IMG/VR virus record: IMGVR_UViG_3300020045_016833
Coordinates: 1 to 51,308 of that record
Source: a virus
Lineage: Duplodnaviria; Caudoviricetes
Length of the DNA: 51,308 nucleotides
Reading direction: 5' to 3' (one strand)
In this document: positions 1 through 8,469 of the stretch, in pieces
How the letters are laid out: the number at the start of each line of letters is the position of its first letter
Position numbering within the stretch: position 1 is the first letter of the stretch
Notes under the pieces: generated by a model
The model's database searches: none
Seen by the model: only the letters and a program-made list of their open reading frames with translations
Told to the model about the DNA's origin: nothing
Program-made: the position numbers and the translations under genes

Positions 1-121
1 CTGCTTAGCTAAATTCACATCCTTTTTCTGAACTCTAAATAATTCAGCGCTTCTTGCTCCAGAGTGAAAAAAAATCATCCCGTATCTGTAGAACGTGTAA
101 TGATTAGTTTTTAAAATCTTA
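1..121. repeat. Terminal direct repeat (copy 1), circular-assembly overlap
   Basis: Bases 1-121 are identical to 51188-51308, and the integrase reading frame runs through the join. Confidence 0.95.
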
Positions 122-798
122 AATATTTTATTCAATTCGTCAACTTCTAGAGTTTCACGAATCTTTTTTACCGTTTTTTTCTTTTTGATATCCTTGATTG
201 GGTTGTGAAATACCATTCTTTTTTCCACCAAGTCAGAAAGTACAATTGATAAATGAGTGAGATATTTATTGTATTCGTTATTTGTCAAATCCAAAGGGTC
301 TAGCAAATCCCTGATGTGTCCGCTATGAATTTCACATATAGGAACCTCAATTCTTTGTTCTGCTGCCGACTTCTTTATTTTTGCTATTATTCTACGACAC
401 TCTTTTTTTATGCCTTCTGAAACCATTAATTTAGGGTAATTAATTTCTAAAGCTTCAACAAAATTGAGTTTTGGATGCAAAGTGCCTGGAACCGGTTTAG
501 CTTCAGGAAGCATGTATTTTTTGGTAATTGGATTCCAACCTTTCTCTTCAAATAGTTTTGGGATCTGAATTAAAAGCTCTTGAATAGCTGCTTTTCTTTC
601 TTCCAAACTGCGAAATTTATTCAGTTTCCTCCTGAACGGGAATCCTTTAGGGTATTTATCAATGAATAAAGGATCTGTAAATTTACATTCAACATACCAG
701 TTAAGTTCTAAACTTTTCTTAGATGTTAATGTTTTCCAGTTTTTAGGGTGTACCCATACCTCAGTGTATGAGCAGTCGAATAATAGTGATTTTGCCAT
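1..798 (-). CDS. int: Tyrosine integrase, N-terminal part (MAKSLLFDCSYTEVWVHPKNWK...), continues across the circular junction; ~401 aa in total
   Basis: Hand translation from ATG at 798 is open to base 1 and ends ...FHSGARSAELFRVQKKDVNLAKQ, in frame with ORF 50780-51265. Confidence 0.88.
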   Translation of the reverse strand, partial: MAKSLLFDCSYTEVWVHPKNWKTLTSKKSLELNWYVECKFTDPLFIDKYPKGFPFRRKLNKFRSLEERKAAIQELLIQIPKLFEEKGWNPITKKYMLPEAKPVPGTLHPKLNFVEALEINYPKLMVSEGIKKECRRIIAKIKKSAAEQRIEVPICEIHSGHIRDLLDPLDLTNNEYNKYLTHLSIVLSDLVEKRMVFHNPIKDIKKKKTVKKIRETLEVDELNKIFKILKTNHYTFYRYGMIFFHSGARSAELFRVQKKDVNLAKQ

Positions 799-874
799 TT
801 TGTTGTAATTACTAGGGTTGCCGTAAGGGTTGCCGTTTTAGTAATTACTAGCCGTAAGATTTTTTATTAAAAAG

Positions 875-905
875 TCTGAAACCCGTTTTGGGAGTGGGTT
901 TCAGA
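875..905 (-). terminator. Hairpin just downstream of the attP tRNA fragment, likely terminator for the reconstituted tRNA
   Basis: TCTGAAACCC...GGGTTTCAGA 10-bp stem; T-run follows on the minus strand. Confidence 0.65.
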
Positions 906-915
906 GCTTTTGCTT

Positions 916-960
916 TGGTAGCGAGACCGAGATTTGAACTCGGGACCTCAGGGTTATGAA
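916..960 (-). other. attP: attP core = 3' half of a tRNA with CAT anticodon (tRNA-Met or Ile2)
   Basis: Minus strand reads TTCATAACCCTGAGGTCCCGAGTTCAAATCTCGGTCTCGCTACCA: anticodon loop, T-arm, acceptor 3' strand and CCA, with no 5' half; next to integrase. Confidence 0.88.
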
Positions 961-1084
961 AATCAAACTCACCCTTTTTTATACTCTGTACGGCCAGTAA
1001 TTACGTTGCTTATTTTATCGTTTTAACAGTTTTTTTAATTGTTTGGGGTTGTCGGCATTGAATATGTGTGAAAGCCTGTATTTA

Positions 1085-1327
1085 TTATTGTTTAGGTGTT
1101 AAAAAAACGTTTTTTTCTATACCAAAAATCCAGTTCGCATTCACATTATATTTTTTACAAATAATTTCGATTTGGGAAGGAGTAAAATGATTTATTCCTT
1201 TTTTTATTTTTGAAATAGTTTGTCTAATAGTTTTAATGGCATCATAAAATTCAGTCTTTGAACTTATTTTGTTTTCAACAAGTAATATGTCAATGAGTGT
1301 AATAATATTTTTATCGTACTCGTACAT
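1085..1327 (-). CDS. Small XRE-type HTH protein
   Basis: RQTISKIKKG...FTPSQIEIICKKYNVNANWIFG resembles HTH_XRE. Confidence 0.65.
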   Translation of the reverse strand: MYEYDKNIITLIDILLVENKISSKTEFYDAIKTIRQTISKIKKGINHFTPSQIEIICKKYNVNANWIFGIEKNVFLTPKQ

Positions 1328-1337
1328 GATCGATTAA

Positions 1338-1787
1338 TTACAAAAGATTTGAAAATGAAATAACCTCTCCATTCTCATTAAAATTCCCAGAATTCAAACC
1401 GTCTTTAGTTGCTCCATATTCATTCTGAGCTACGTATTCAATAGTTAAATGCCATTGGTTAGTGTTAGGCATAGAAGACAACTTTATAACTTTAGTTACG
1501 TAAGTATATTTGTTTTTCACTAATTCTTTGGATCTTTCATTAGAAAACAAAATGATCTTATTGATTTTATTTAAATCTATGCTTGAATAAATATCTTCAG
1601 AACAAGAAATGGTTATTATAGCTTCATCTGGTTTGTTATTGCCATTTGTTAAATTAAACACTTTAGACTTAACCCGCCATCTATTATCTGATTCTAATTT
1701 AAAATCTTCTTTTTTGATCAAGATAGATTCCTGGCAAAAAGCTAATGAAGAAATCATTAACATTATTACTAATATTGCTTTTTTCAT
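1338..1787 (-). CDS. Secreted/periplasmic protein in the lysogeny operon
   Basis: N-terminal signal peptide MKKAILVIMLMISSLAFC-Q; directly downstream of repressor. Confidence 0.6.
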   Translation of the reverse strand: MKKAILVIMLMISSLAFCQESILIKKEDFKLESDNRWRVKSKVFNLTNGNNKPDEAIITISCSEDIYSSIDLNKINKIILFSNERSKELVKNKYTYVTKVIKLSSMPNTNQWHLTIEYVAQNEYGATKDGLNSGNFNENGEVISFSNLL

Positions 1788-1798
1788 AATACTTATTT

Positions 1799-2479
1799 TT
1801 AAAATGTTCGTTTAATAACTTTTAATATCTGCCTAACATCATTAAGACTGATAGTGAAATCAGAATGATTAGGTAATCCACTTCTTGAAGAACATACGAT
1901 ATCGCCAGTCTCATTATTTAAAGATTTTATATCCTTAAATAGTACCGTTTTTTTGTGAACAATTACCCAGCCATATTTACTTTCTCTAAATCCATCCTTC
2001 CAGTGTTGTCTGCCTAATTCCCTACATAGTAATTCAGCTCCGTCTGGAGCATCATCTATACCGCCACCATTCATGCTATCTCCCTCAACTTCGAAACACA
2101 TGTATTTTCCTCTTCCAATTTTATCTACCGTAAAACTTACTTCCTCAAGTTCTTCAAGAAAATTAACGTTTTGAAAATCGGACAAATAGGAACCGAAAGC
2201 TTTTACCGGCACTTTTTTTACTATTATTTTAAATTTTCCATTCTTCAATTCCAAAAACTTATTGCCATTAGTGTTTTCATAAACCGCACTAGGTTCATTT
2301 ACACTATGTGTGCCTTTTGCAGGTAGTTTTTGTAATAGCAATAACGTACTAGGTGATATATTCCTGCTTCCATCTTCCCATGTTTGGACCGCTCTAGCTG
2401 AAACTAAAAGCAATTCACTCAATTCTTTCTGAGTATAACCAAGGCTTTTGCGAAGTTTTTTAATATCTGGACCCTCCAT
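1799..2479 (-). CDS. cI: CI-like repressor (HTH + S24 peptidase-like domain)
   Basis: LRKSLGYTQKELSELL..RAVQTWE HTH; EVEGDSM S24 motif; divergent from Cro-like gene (start chosen at MEGPD; ORF track starts at 2506). Confidence 0.85.
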   Translation of the reverse strand: MEGPDIKKLRKSLGYTQKELSELLLVSARAVQTWEDGSRNISPSTLLLLQKLPAKGTHSVNEPSAVYENTNGNKFLELKNGKFKIIVKKVPVKAFGSYLSDFQNVNFLEELEEVSFTVDKIGRGKYMCFEVEGDSMNGGGIDDAPDGAELLCRELGRQHWKDGFRESKYGWVIVHKKTVLFKDIKSLNNETGDIVCSSRSGLPNHSDFTISLNDVRQILKVIKRTF

Positions 2480-2533
2480 TTTATTGATGTGTGATAAAAA
2501 ATACACACTTTTAAAAAAATAGTGTGTTATTAA

Positions 2534-2564
2534 TTTGCATTAACGAACTATGTGTGTATATTTG
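2534..2564 (+). promoter_or_regulatory. Rightward lytic promoter (Bacteroidota sigma70 consensus)
   Basis: TTTG (2534-2537), 19-nt spacer, TATATTTG (2557-2564), matching TTTG-N19-21-TAnnTTTG. Confidence 0.7.
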
Positions 2565-2578
2565 CATATATATACGAA

Positions 2579-2586
2579 CAAATATA
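2579..2586 (-). promoter_or_regulatory. Leftward -7 element for the repressor operon
   Basis: TATATTTG on the minus strand; no clear -33 TTTG. Confidence 0.45.
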
Positions 2587-2595
2587 CACTTATAG

Positions 2596-2805
2596 ATGAA
2601 CATATCATTATTAATAAAGGAAAAACTGCTAAACGACAAGGAATTCAGATTAAATACTGCTTTAGCTTTAAATGTTTCCGAACGTAATGTTCAAGAATTA
2701 GCCAAAAGAGGTAGTGATAATCTAACCAAAGCTGCAGCAGTAAAATACTTTAAAAGTACCGGATTAAAAGAATCCGAAATTTTTGAACTAGAAAATCAAA
2801 AATAA
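2596..2805 (+). CDS. Cro-like HTH protein
   Basis: TALALNVSERNVQELAKR HTH-like; divergent from cI. Confidence 0.65.
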   Translation: MNISLLIKEKLLNDKEFRLNTALALNVSERNVQELAKRGSDNLTKAAAVKYFKSTGLKESEIFELENQK

Positions 2806-2806
2806 C

Positions 2807-3031
2807 ATGAATCAAAAAGAGAAAAAATCATTTATAAAAAAAGAACTCGCTGCATTAGAAAATGAGAAGCAGCTCTTTGAACAGTGTTTAAGTTCAATTA
2901 CTAGCCGTAAGAGATACTTAGAATTGGAGTTGGCAAGTTTGGGAGCTTCCAACTCCACCCGAAAGGGCAAATATGATAACATACTTTCTGAAGACATGAA
3001 ATTAAAGCTACAAGCTAGTTTAACAAAATAA
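2807..3031 (+). CDS. Hypothetical coiled-coil protein
   Basis: ORF coupled to cro. Confidence 0.6.
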   Translation: MNQKEKKSFIKKELAALENEKQLFEQCLSSITSRKRYLELELASLGASNSTRKGKYDNILSEDMKLKLQASLTK

Positions 3032-3033
3032 AA

Positions 3034-3059
3034 AAACCAGTCCCGACAAGAACTGGTTT
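3034..3059 (+). terminator. Hairpin after the immediate-early genes
   Basis: AAACCAGT...ACTGGTTT. Confidence 0.45.
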
Positions 3060-3104
3060 AAATCAAATTTCAAATTACGAGTAATAATTTAAAACATTTT
3101 AGAG

Positions 3105-3374
3105 ATGTCAAACTTACAAAAAAAATCATTAGAAAATTTCGAAATCGAAGTGTGGTTTAGATTTCCATCAGCTGGAGAAATAGAAAAGGATTGCGAAACT
3201 CACAAAATCGAAGCAACCTCTCTTCAGGAAGCAGTTGATAAAGCAGAAAAAATTTATCGCGACAAAGTGGCTATTCCTTTCAAGTATTATTTCTGCAACA
3301 ACGAGTATAGGCCTACAGGTTTAACCAAGGCTGATTTGTTTCACCTAACTGCACCACATTATGAGTACCCTTGA
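3105..3374 (+). CDS. Hypothetical protein
   Basis: ORF with A-rich leader. Confidence 0.65.
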   Translation: MSNLQKKSLENFEIEVWFRFPSAGEIEKDCETHKIEATSLQEAVDKAEKIYRDKVAIPFKYYFCNNEYRPTGLTKADLFHLTAPHYEYP

Positions 3375-3546
3375 AATTTTTAGAAAATTCAATATTCAAT
3401 TACTCAATGAAATAATGGATAAGGATTTTGGAATAATCGAATGCGGTTCCATAATAGATCCTAAAGAAAGCATTTTTAATGAACCTATAAACCCAAAGCT
3501 ATGTTTGAAGAAGAAAGAGCCAACATCATATTTAGAACTGTATTAA
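3361..3546 (+). CDS. Hypothetical protein
   Basis: Overlapping small ORF in operon. Confidence 0.5.
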   Translation: MSTLEIFRKFNIQLLNEIMDKDFGIIECGSIIDPKESIFNEPINPKLCLKKKEPTSYLELY

Positions 3547-3623
3547 AAATTATAATTCTATCCTTTTCTATAGGATCACTACTCGGTGGATTATTAACCT
3601 ATTTAATGTTTCAGTTATGGTAA
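3501..3623 (+). CDS. 40-aa single-pass membrane peptide (MFEEERANIIFRTVLKIIILSFSIGSLLGGLLTYLMFQLW)
   Basis: Hand translation; overlaps the next start. Confidence 0.45.
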   Translation: MFEEERANIIFRTVLKIIILSFSIGSLLGGLLTYLMFQLW

Positions 3624-3778
3624 AGCAAACTAACGTAGAACGATTCAATCATTGGATGGCTGAAATTGTAAAATCAAAATGGGTTCATAACGATACAGCG
3701 ATGTGCCACGCAAGAGCAAAAGTAGCAAGCCATCATATAGTAACAGCAAGAAAGAAAATAAATGACAGAAGCAACTGA
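3617..3778 (+). CDS. 53-aa hypothetical protein (MVKQTNVERFNHWMAEIVKS...)
   Basis: Hand translation; fills operon gap. Confidence 0.5.
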   Translation: MVKQTNVERFNHWMAEIVKSKWVHNDTAMCHARAKVASHHIVTARKKINDRSN

Positions 3779-3941
3779 AGCAAAGCGATACGTAAAAGTT
3801 CACCGTAGTAAGGAAGAAGCAATATTTTTTTTAAAAAAAGTAATCGCGATGTATGAAAATCCTACTACACGAAAAACACCTAAAGTCCTTGCTAGAATAG
3901 AGAAATACAAAGAGCTGTTAACAGCAATAGAAAATTTATAA
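3762..3941 (+). CDS. 59-aa hypothetical protein (MTEATEAKRYVKVHRS...)
   Basis: Hand translation; fills operon gap. Confidence 0.5.
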   Translation: MTEATEAKRYVKVHRSKEEAIFFLKKVIAMYENPTTRKTPKVLARIEKYKELLTAIENL

Positions 3942-3959
3942 CAATCAAATTTTAGAGAA

Positions 3960-4853
3960 ATGAGTAAAGTAAACACATTAGAGTTAATCCAAAATACTGC
4001 ACCAGGAAAGATTGCAGAATTGGATATGGTAAAGGAGAAATTCATTAAGAATTACAATCTAGCCAACAGGTCCGAAAACGGAGATTTAATGTACCACCGA
4101 CAATTGGTATATTTTAATCAAAACATTGCAGCAAGTACACAATTGCAAAATGCCGACAAATTTTCATTGTATGCTTGTTTTATTACAGCTGCAGTAAAAG
4201 GATATTCTTTTGATCCTTTAGACAATGAAATCTATTTAGTTCCAAGAGGAGGAAAAGCATGTATGCAATTACAAGCTGGTGCTCACGTAAGAAGATTGAT
4301 TCAAACACAACAAAGTACTGGTTGTGAACAGGCAAAGTTAGTTTTCAAAGGAGATATTTTCGAAGTAGAAGATGGAGTAGTAAAAAGACACATTGAAAAA
4401 TTTGAAAGTGAAACCATCATAGCCGGTTATGTAAAATTCAATACTGCTGGAGGTGGATTTAAATATTTCATTTATCGAAAATCTGATTTTGAATCATGGA
4501 GAAAAAAATCTTCCAATCCTAATACTATTGAAAAAACAGCATCAAACGGGAATAAGTATTTGTCTGAGTCGCTTTGGGATAACGGAGTAGTTGGTGGAGA
4601 AAATCCTGAACCCGCTTTTCTTCGAACTAAAATCATTCTACACGCTGCCAAAGAGAAATGTTGGTTTACCGGTTCCACACCTATCGAACTGGAACAATTC
4701 AATGTAGAGATTGATGTTGAAGATGATAACCTGCCTACACCAGAACATGTGGTAGAACCAAAAACAGCAATTCCAGAATATGCTGCATTTGAAGAAGTTA
4801 CTGAAGGAGATAAAAAAACTCAGGAAGAACCAGTAGACGAGGAAGCTTTTTAA
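3960..4853 (+). CDS. recT: RecT-like single-strand annealing protein
   Basis: SLYACFITAAVKGYSFDP..EIYLVPRGG..GDIFEV pattern, acidic C-terminus; upstream of exonuclease. Confidence 0.75.
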   Translation: MSKVNTLELIQNTAPGKIAELDMVKEKFIKNYNLANRSENGDLMYHRQLVYFNQNIAASTQLQNADKFSLYACFITAAVKGYSFDPLDNEIYLVPRGGKACMQLQAGAHVRRLIQTQQSTGCEQAKLVFKGDIFEVEDGVVKRHIEKFESETIIAGYVKFNTAGGGFKYFIYRKSDFESWRKKSSNPNTIEKTASNGNKYLSESLWDNGVVGGENPEPAFLRTKIILHAAKEKCWFTGSTPIELEQFNVEIDVEDDNLPTPEHVVEPKTAIPEYAAFEEVTEGDKKTQEEPVDEEAF

Positions 4854-4880
4854 AAAACAACAATCAAAAATTTTAGAGAA

Positions 4881-6080
4881 ATGACAACAGATTTAGCCAC
4901 ACAGGACCAATTGCAAGAAGTAATCTTAAGCGGTTCAGAAATATTAAAAAATAGTGAACTACGAGTTTCTAAAGCAATAAGCATTGGAAATAAATTACTG
5001 GCAGAAATTCAAGAAAGCGGAATGAGTCCTGAACTTGATGAAAGAGCCAATAAATTTTTAGTGAATTGCAGAAATGCCAAAAATGATATTGAAAACCAAA
5101 GAAAGCCTATCACCGCTTTTTTTGATACCATCCGTAAACAGTTTACTGAAATAGAGGGAAAATTAGATCCTAAAAAAACAGAAGCATTACCTACTGCTAT
5201 TCAATACTACAGAGACCAATGGGTTAAGAAATTGAAAACAGATGAAGAAGCAAAACAAAAACTTGCTCAAGATAAAATCGATAAAGAAAAAGAAGTTATC
5301 GATATAAAAACAAGCTTAGAAGTGCAATTGTCAGCGCATGTAAACAATCACATTTCAGATCGTAAACAAAAACTGCAAGATTCATTCAATGGTATCACTT
5401 TGGCTAATTTTTCAGAAAAATCACAAGGATTAAAAGCATTAGCTATCTCTTACCAAAAGTCACATTTTGAGTCGTTCTCTCCTAATTGGCAAAGAAAAAT
5501 AGTTACTCAAGAAGAAACTACAGTATTACTAAATGAATTTATTGCTTCAAAAGATTTTGATTTAATAGCAGCTGTTGTAGTAAGTGAAATCAAAAAATTC
5601 AAAGAGGAATTGATTGAAAAACTACCAAGCTTGAAAACTAACCTTGAAGAAATGGCGAAAGCCGGAAAAGAAGAAAAAGAAAAACTCGAAGCTGAAAAAG
5701 CAAAGCGTGAAGCTGATGCAGCCAAAAAATTGCAAGATGATGCTGCTGCCAAAATCAAAGCAGATTCAGAAGCCGCTGAGGTCAAAAAAACCGCTGATCA
5801 AACGAACGCTATGATGAATAATCTAGAGTTGAATGATACGGTTGCTCCGGAAACGAGAGACGGTTTTAAAATAAAGTTATTGAACAAAACCGCAATTGCT
5901 GAAATCTTCACCTTCTGGTTCCAGCGCGAGGGAATCACCTTGACATTGGAAGAATTAGAAAAAAAATCAATTGCTCAGATGAAAGCCTATTGCGAGAAAG
6001 TAGGTCACAAATCAGGAGATCTAATTGTAAGCGAGAATTTGAAATACGAACCGGTTTATAAAGCTGTAAATAGAAAGTAA
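4881..6080 (+). CDS. Coiled-coil phage protein of the recombination module
   Basis: IENQRKPITAFFD motif; long charged helical regions. Confidence 0.6.
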   Translation: MTTDLATQDQLQEVILSGSEILKNSELRVSKAISIGNKLLAEIQESGMSPELDERANKFLVNCRNAKNDIENQRKPITAFFDTIRKQFTEIEGKLDPKKTEALPTAIQYYRDQWVKKLKTDEEAKQKLAQDKIDKEKEVIDIKTSLEVQLSAHVNNHISDRKQKLQDSFNGITLANFSEKSQGLKALAISYQKSHFESFSPNWQRKIVTQEETTVLLNEFIASKDFDLIAAVVVSEIKKFKEELIEKLPSLKTNLEEMAKAGKEEKEKLEAEKAKREADAAKKLQDDAAAKIKADSEAAEVKKTADQTNAMMNNLELNDTVAPETRDGFKIKLLNKTAIAEIFTFWFQREGITLTLEELEKKSIAQMKAYCEKVGHKSGDLIVSENLKYEPVYKAVNRK

Positions 6081-6081
6081 G

Positions 6082-6717
6082 ATGGATCCCTACTTTGGAA
6101 GAAACGAGGTTAGTAACTCTGATTTGAGTTGGCTTAAAGATTATTGGAGTGATAATAAAATGGATGAAGTCTCCAAAGAAAAAGCATACAAGTTTGGAAC
6201 TCTAATCGATGCTGTAATCACTGAACCTTTCAAAGTGGATTATTTCAAATTTCAAGTTGACGGAGTTCAGTATTCAGAAGAAGATTTTGAGAAAGCAGTC
6301 CAAATGAAAAAAGCTTTTATGAAAGATCCCCTGGCGCAAAACTTACTTAAACAAAGCGATACTCAAAAAGTGATGATTACCAATAGAACATTCACTTATG
6401 ATGAGGTTGAATTTGAATTACCGGTACGTTGCAAATGGGATTTATGGATGGATGGTTTGGGTTGGGGTGGCGACTTAAAAAGCACCACCGCCACCACTCA
6501 AAAGCAATTTGAAGAAGCAGTACGATATTTTGATTATGACAGACAACGAGCTTGGTACATGAACATAGCTGGAAGTAATCAAGATGTTTTAATTGGAGTT
6601 TCAAAAGAGAATTTCAAAGTATTCAAAGTTCCAATTCGTAGAGGAGACGAACTATTTAACTCAGGATTTAAAAAGTATAACGAGCTCGCATTTAAATGGT
6701 GGGCATTATTTGAATAA
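6082..6717 (+). CDS. PD-(D/E)XK exonuclease (RecE/ExoVIII-like)
   Basis: SNSDL, FGTLID, VRCKWD..DLKST, QRAWY motifs. Confidence 0.8.
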   Translation: MDPYFGRNEVSNSDLSWLKDYWSDNKMDEVSKEKAYKFGTLIDAVITEPFKVDYFKFQVDGVQYSEEDFEKAVQMKKAFMKDPLAQNLLKQSDTQKVMITNRTFTYDEVEFELPVRCKWDLWMDGLGWGGDLKSTTATTQKQFEEAVRYFDYDRQRAWYMNIAGSNQDVLIGVSKENFKVFKVPIRRGDELFNSGFKKYNELAFKWWALFE

Positions 6718-6720
6718 CAA

Positions 6721-7005
6721 ATGGAAAAATTTAAAGGAACAAATGAAGATTGGAGATTGACAAATGATTTTTCAGAAGTAACCACTTCTAGAGTAGGAAT
6801 TTTAGAGGGGAGTAAAAGTATTTGTGCAATTAATCAATACGGAAAACCGAGAGAAGAAATTGAAGCTAATGCAAAAGTTATTGTACAAGCAAAAAATCTC
6901 TTACAAGCATTAATAGATATACTTCCTTTTGCTGAAGAGTTCATAAACAGTAATCATCCAGCGCATATAAAAGCTATCGAAGTAATCAAAAAAGCAACTG
7001 AATAA
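6721..7005 (+). CDS. Hypothetical phage protein
   Basis: MEKFKGT..EANAKVIVQAKNLLQAL, common small phage protein pattern. Confidence 0.65.
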   Translation: MEKFKGTNEDWRLTNDFSEVTTSRVGILEGSKSICAINQYGKPREEIEANAKVIVQAKNLLQALIDILPFAEEFINSNHPAHIKAIEVIKKATE

Positions 7006-7286
7006 TGGCAAAACCAAAAACTAAGAAGAAGTCGAAACCGCTTCACGTTACTTACAATAAAAAAGGATTTTTAGCTCCAAACAGCATTCGTTCAATGGCG
7101 GTGGTTCATACCAAAATATTAAAGGATGGAACCGCAATAGTACGGATATCGGATTGCAATAACTCGATTAGAATCTGGAATGATTTTAATGATCCGGAGG
7201 AAAAAAAGGAAATGCTTTCCAAGGTAGATAACCTAATCGAGAACCTGCAAGCATTTAGAGTGAATATCAAATCAAGAATAGTTTAG
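7005..7286 (+). CDS. Hypothetical protein
   Basis: Coupled ORF. Confidence 0.65.
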   Translation: MAKPKTKKKSKPLHVTYNKKGFLAPNSIRSMAVVHTKILKDGTAIVRISDCNNSIRIWNDFNDPEEKKEMLSKVDNLIENLQAFRVNIKSRIV

Positions 7287-7676
7287 ATGAATAACCTAAT
7301 CACACCACAAGCGGATATTATCACAGAATTGACAACGATTCAATCCTTCCTTGAAATCACCATGAGTGAGGATGCGAACGAAGCAGTTGTACGTGGAAAT
7401 GATTTAGCAGTTTACATGGCCAGAACTGGAAAACTAATCGCAGATGCAAAAATACATCGCGAGCAAAAACTAAGAAGTGAAATGATACAGGAATATAAAA
7501 AACTAATAGAATTTCCTGCTAGTGTGGCTGTAAAATACACGGATACTTTGGTGGAAAACGAAACCTATTTATTGACTTGGTCCACAAGATTAAACGCAGC
7601 CTGCACACATCAATTGGATTGGTGCAGAACAATAATTTCAAAAGCAAAAGCGGAGATGTCCGCATTTAATGGATAA
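7287..7676 (+). CDS. Hypothetical helical protein
   Basis: Coupled ORF. Confidence 0.7.
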   Translation: MNNLITPQADIITELTTIQSFLEITMSEDANEAVVRGNDLAVYMARTGKLIADAKIHREQKLRSEMIQEYKKLIEFPASVAVKYTDTLVENETYLLTWSTRLNAACTHQLDWCRTIISKAKAEMSAFNG

Positions 7677-7697
7677 CAATTAAAACCTTTTTTACAC

Positions 7698-8261
7698 ATG
7701 AACATTACAATTAAAAATGCCAGTATCAAAAGCAGCCTATTCTTAAAATATGGCTACGATCATTTTGTTGGATCGACAAAATACAGTCATCCATCTACAA
7801 CAGGCGATGCTCCTATTCACGATGATTTGCGAGAAGCATTCTCAGCATTAACAGCTCATTTTGCTTTCATCTGTGAGGAAATAACAGAAAGCGTATGCCG
7901 TGAAGCTATTAATGATTTCAAACAAGGAGTTGTTCACATGGACGATGAAACAGATCCTTTGAGAAAATACACTGTGATAGGATTTACACTTGGCAAAGAT
8001 TCTGAAGGAGTAACCATCATTGGTTCTAAAAGGCTGGAAAGCGGTAAAAGTATCAACATTAATACTCCATTTCAAAAATGGGATGATTCTGATTATCCAT
8101 TTATGTCTGAATTACTTGAAACGGTCGATTTGTTGAAATCGGAGGTTTACGAATACATCGAAGGAAAACGAGCTCCTGCACAGCATAAAACTGGGAATAT
8201 GTTTGAACAAGATGAGGAGGAAGAAAAAGAAGCCTTTGCGGATGCCGAACAAGAAATGTAG
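7698..8261 (+). CDS. Hypothetical protein with acidic tail
   Basis: Long ORF in operon. Confidence 0.7.
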   Translation: MNITIKNASIKSSLFLKYGYDHFVGSTKYSHPSTTGDAPIHDDLREAFSALTAHFAFICEEITESVCREAINDFKQGVVHMDDETDPLRKYTVIGFTLGKDSEGVTIIGSKRLESGKSININTPFQKWDDSDYPFMSELLETVDLLKSEVYEYIEGKRAPAQHKTGNMFEQDEEEEKEAFADAEQEM

Positions 8262-8451
8262 TATCAGAGATAGAAAGCTTCAGCGCGATAAACGCAGGTA
8301 TTATTTGCACGCTAAAGTCAAGATTCTAGAACCGGCAGACTACCAATTATTAAATCCCCGAAAGAGAGCTTTTTCGGGGATTCCAAAAGGGAAATTCGCT
8401 AACAAGCTTTTAAAAGAGTTTGGATATACCCATCAATACCAAATAATATAA
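8242..8451 (+). CDS. Small basic hypothetical protein
   Basis: Likely start MPNKK within ORF 8203-8451. Confidence 0.5.
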   Translation: MPNKKCSIRDRKLQRDKRRYYLHAKVKILEPADYQLLNPRKRAFSGIPKGKFANKLLKEFGYTHQYQII

Positions 8452-8469
8452 AATCAAATTTCAGAGACA

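Larger units (their letters stand above)
805..1055. repeat. Candidate integrase arm/accessory binding sites around attP
   Basis: GGGTTGCCGT at 815-824 and 827-836, variant GGGTTGTCGG at 1046-1055; palindrome GTAATTAC at 805, 841 and 997. Confidence 0.5.

Noticed and set aside
1-121. 121-bp terminal repeat as biological genome ends
   Set aside because: It falls mid-integrase and is an exact overlap, as expected from assembler circularisation
916-960. Functional tRNA-Met gene
   Set aside because: Only the 3' half is present; best explained as the attP core
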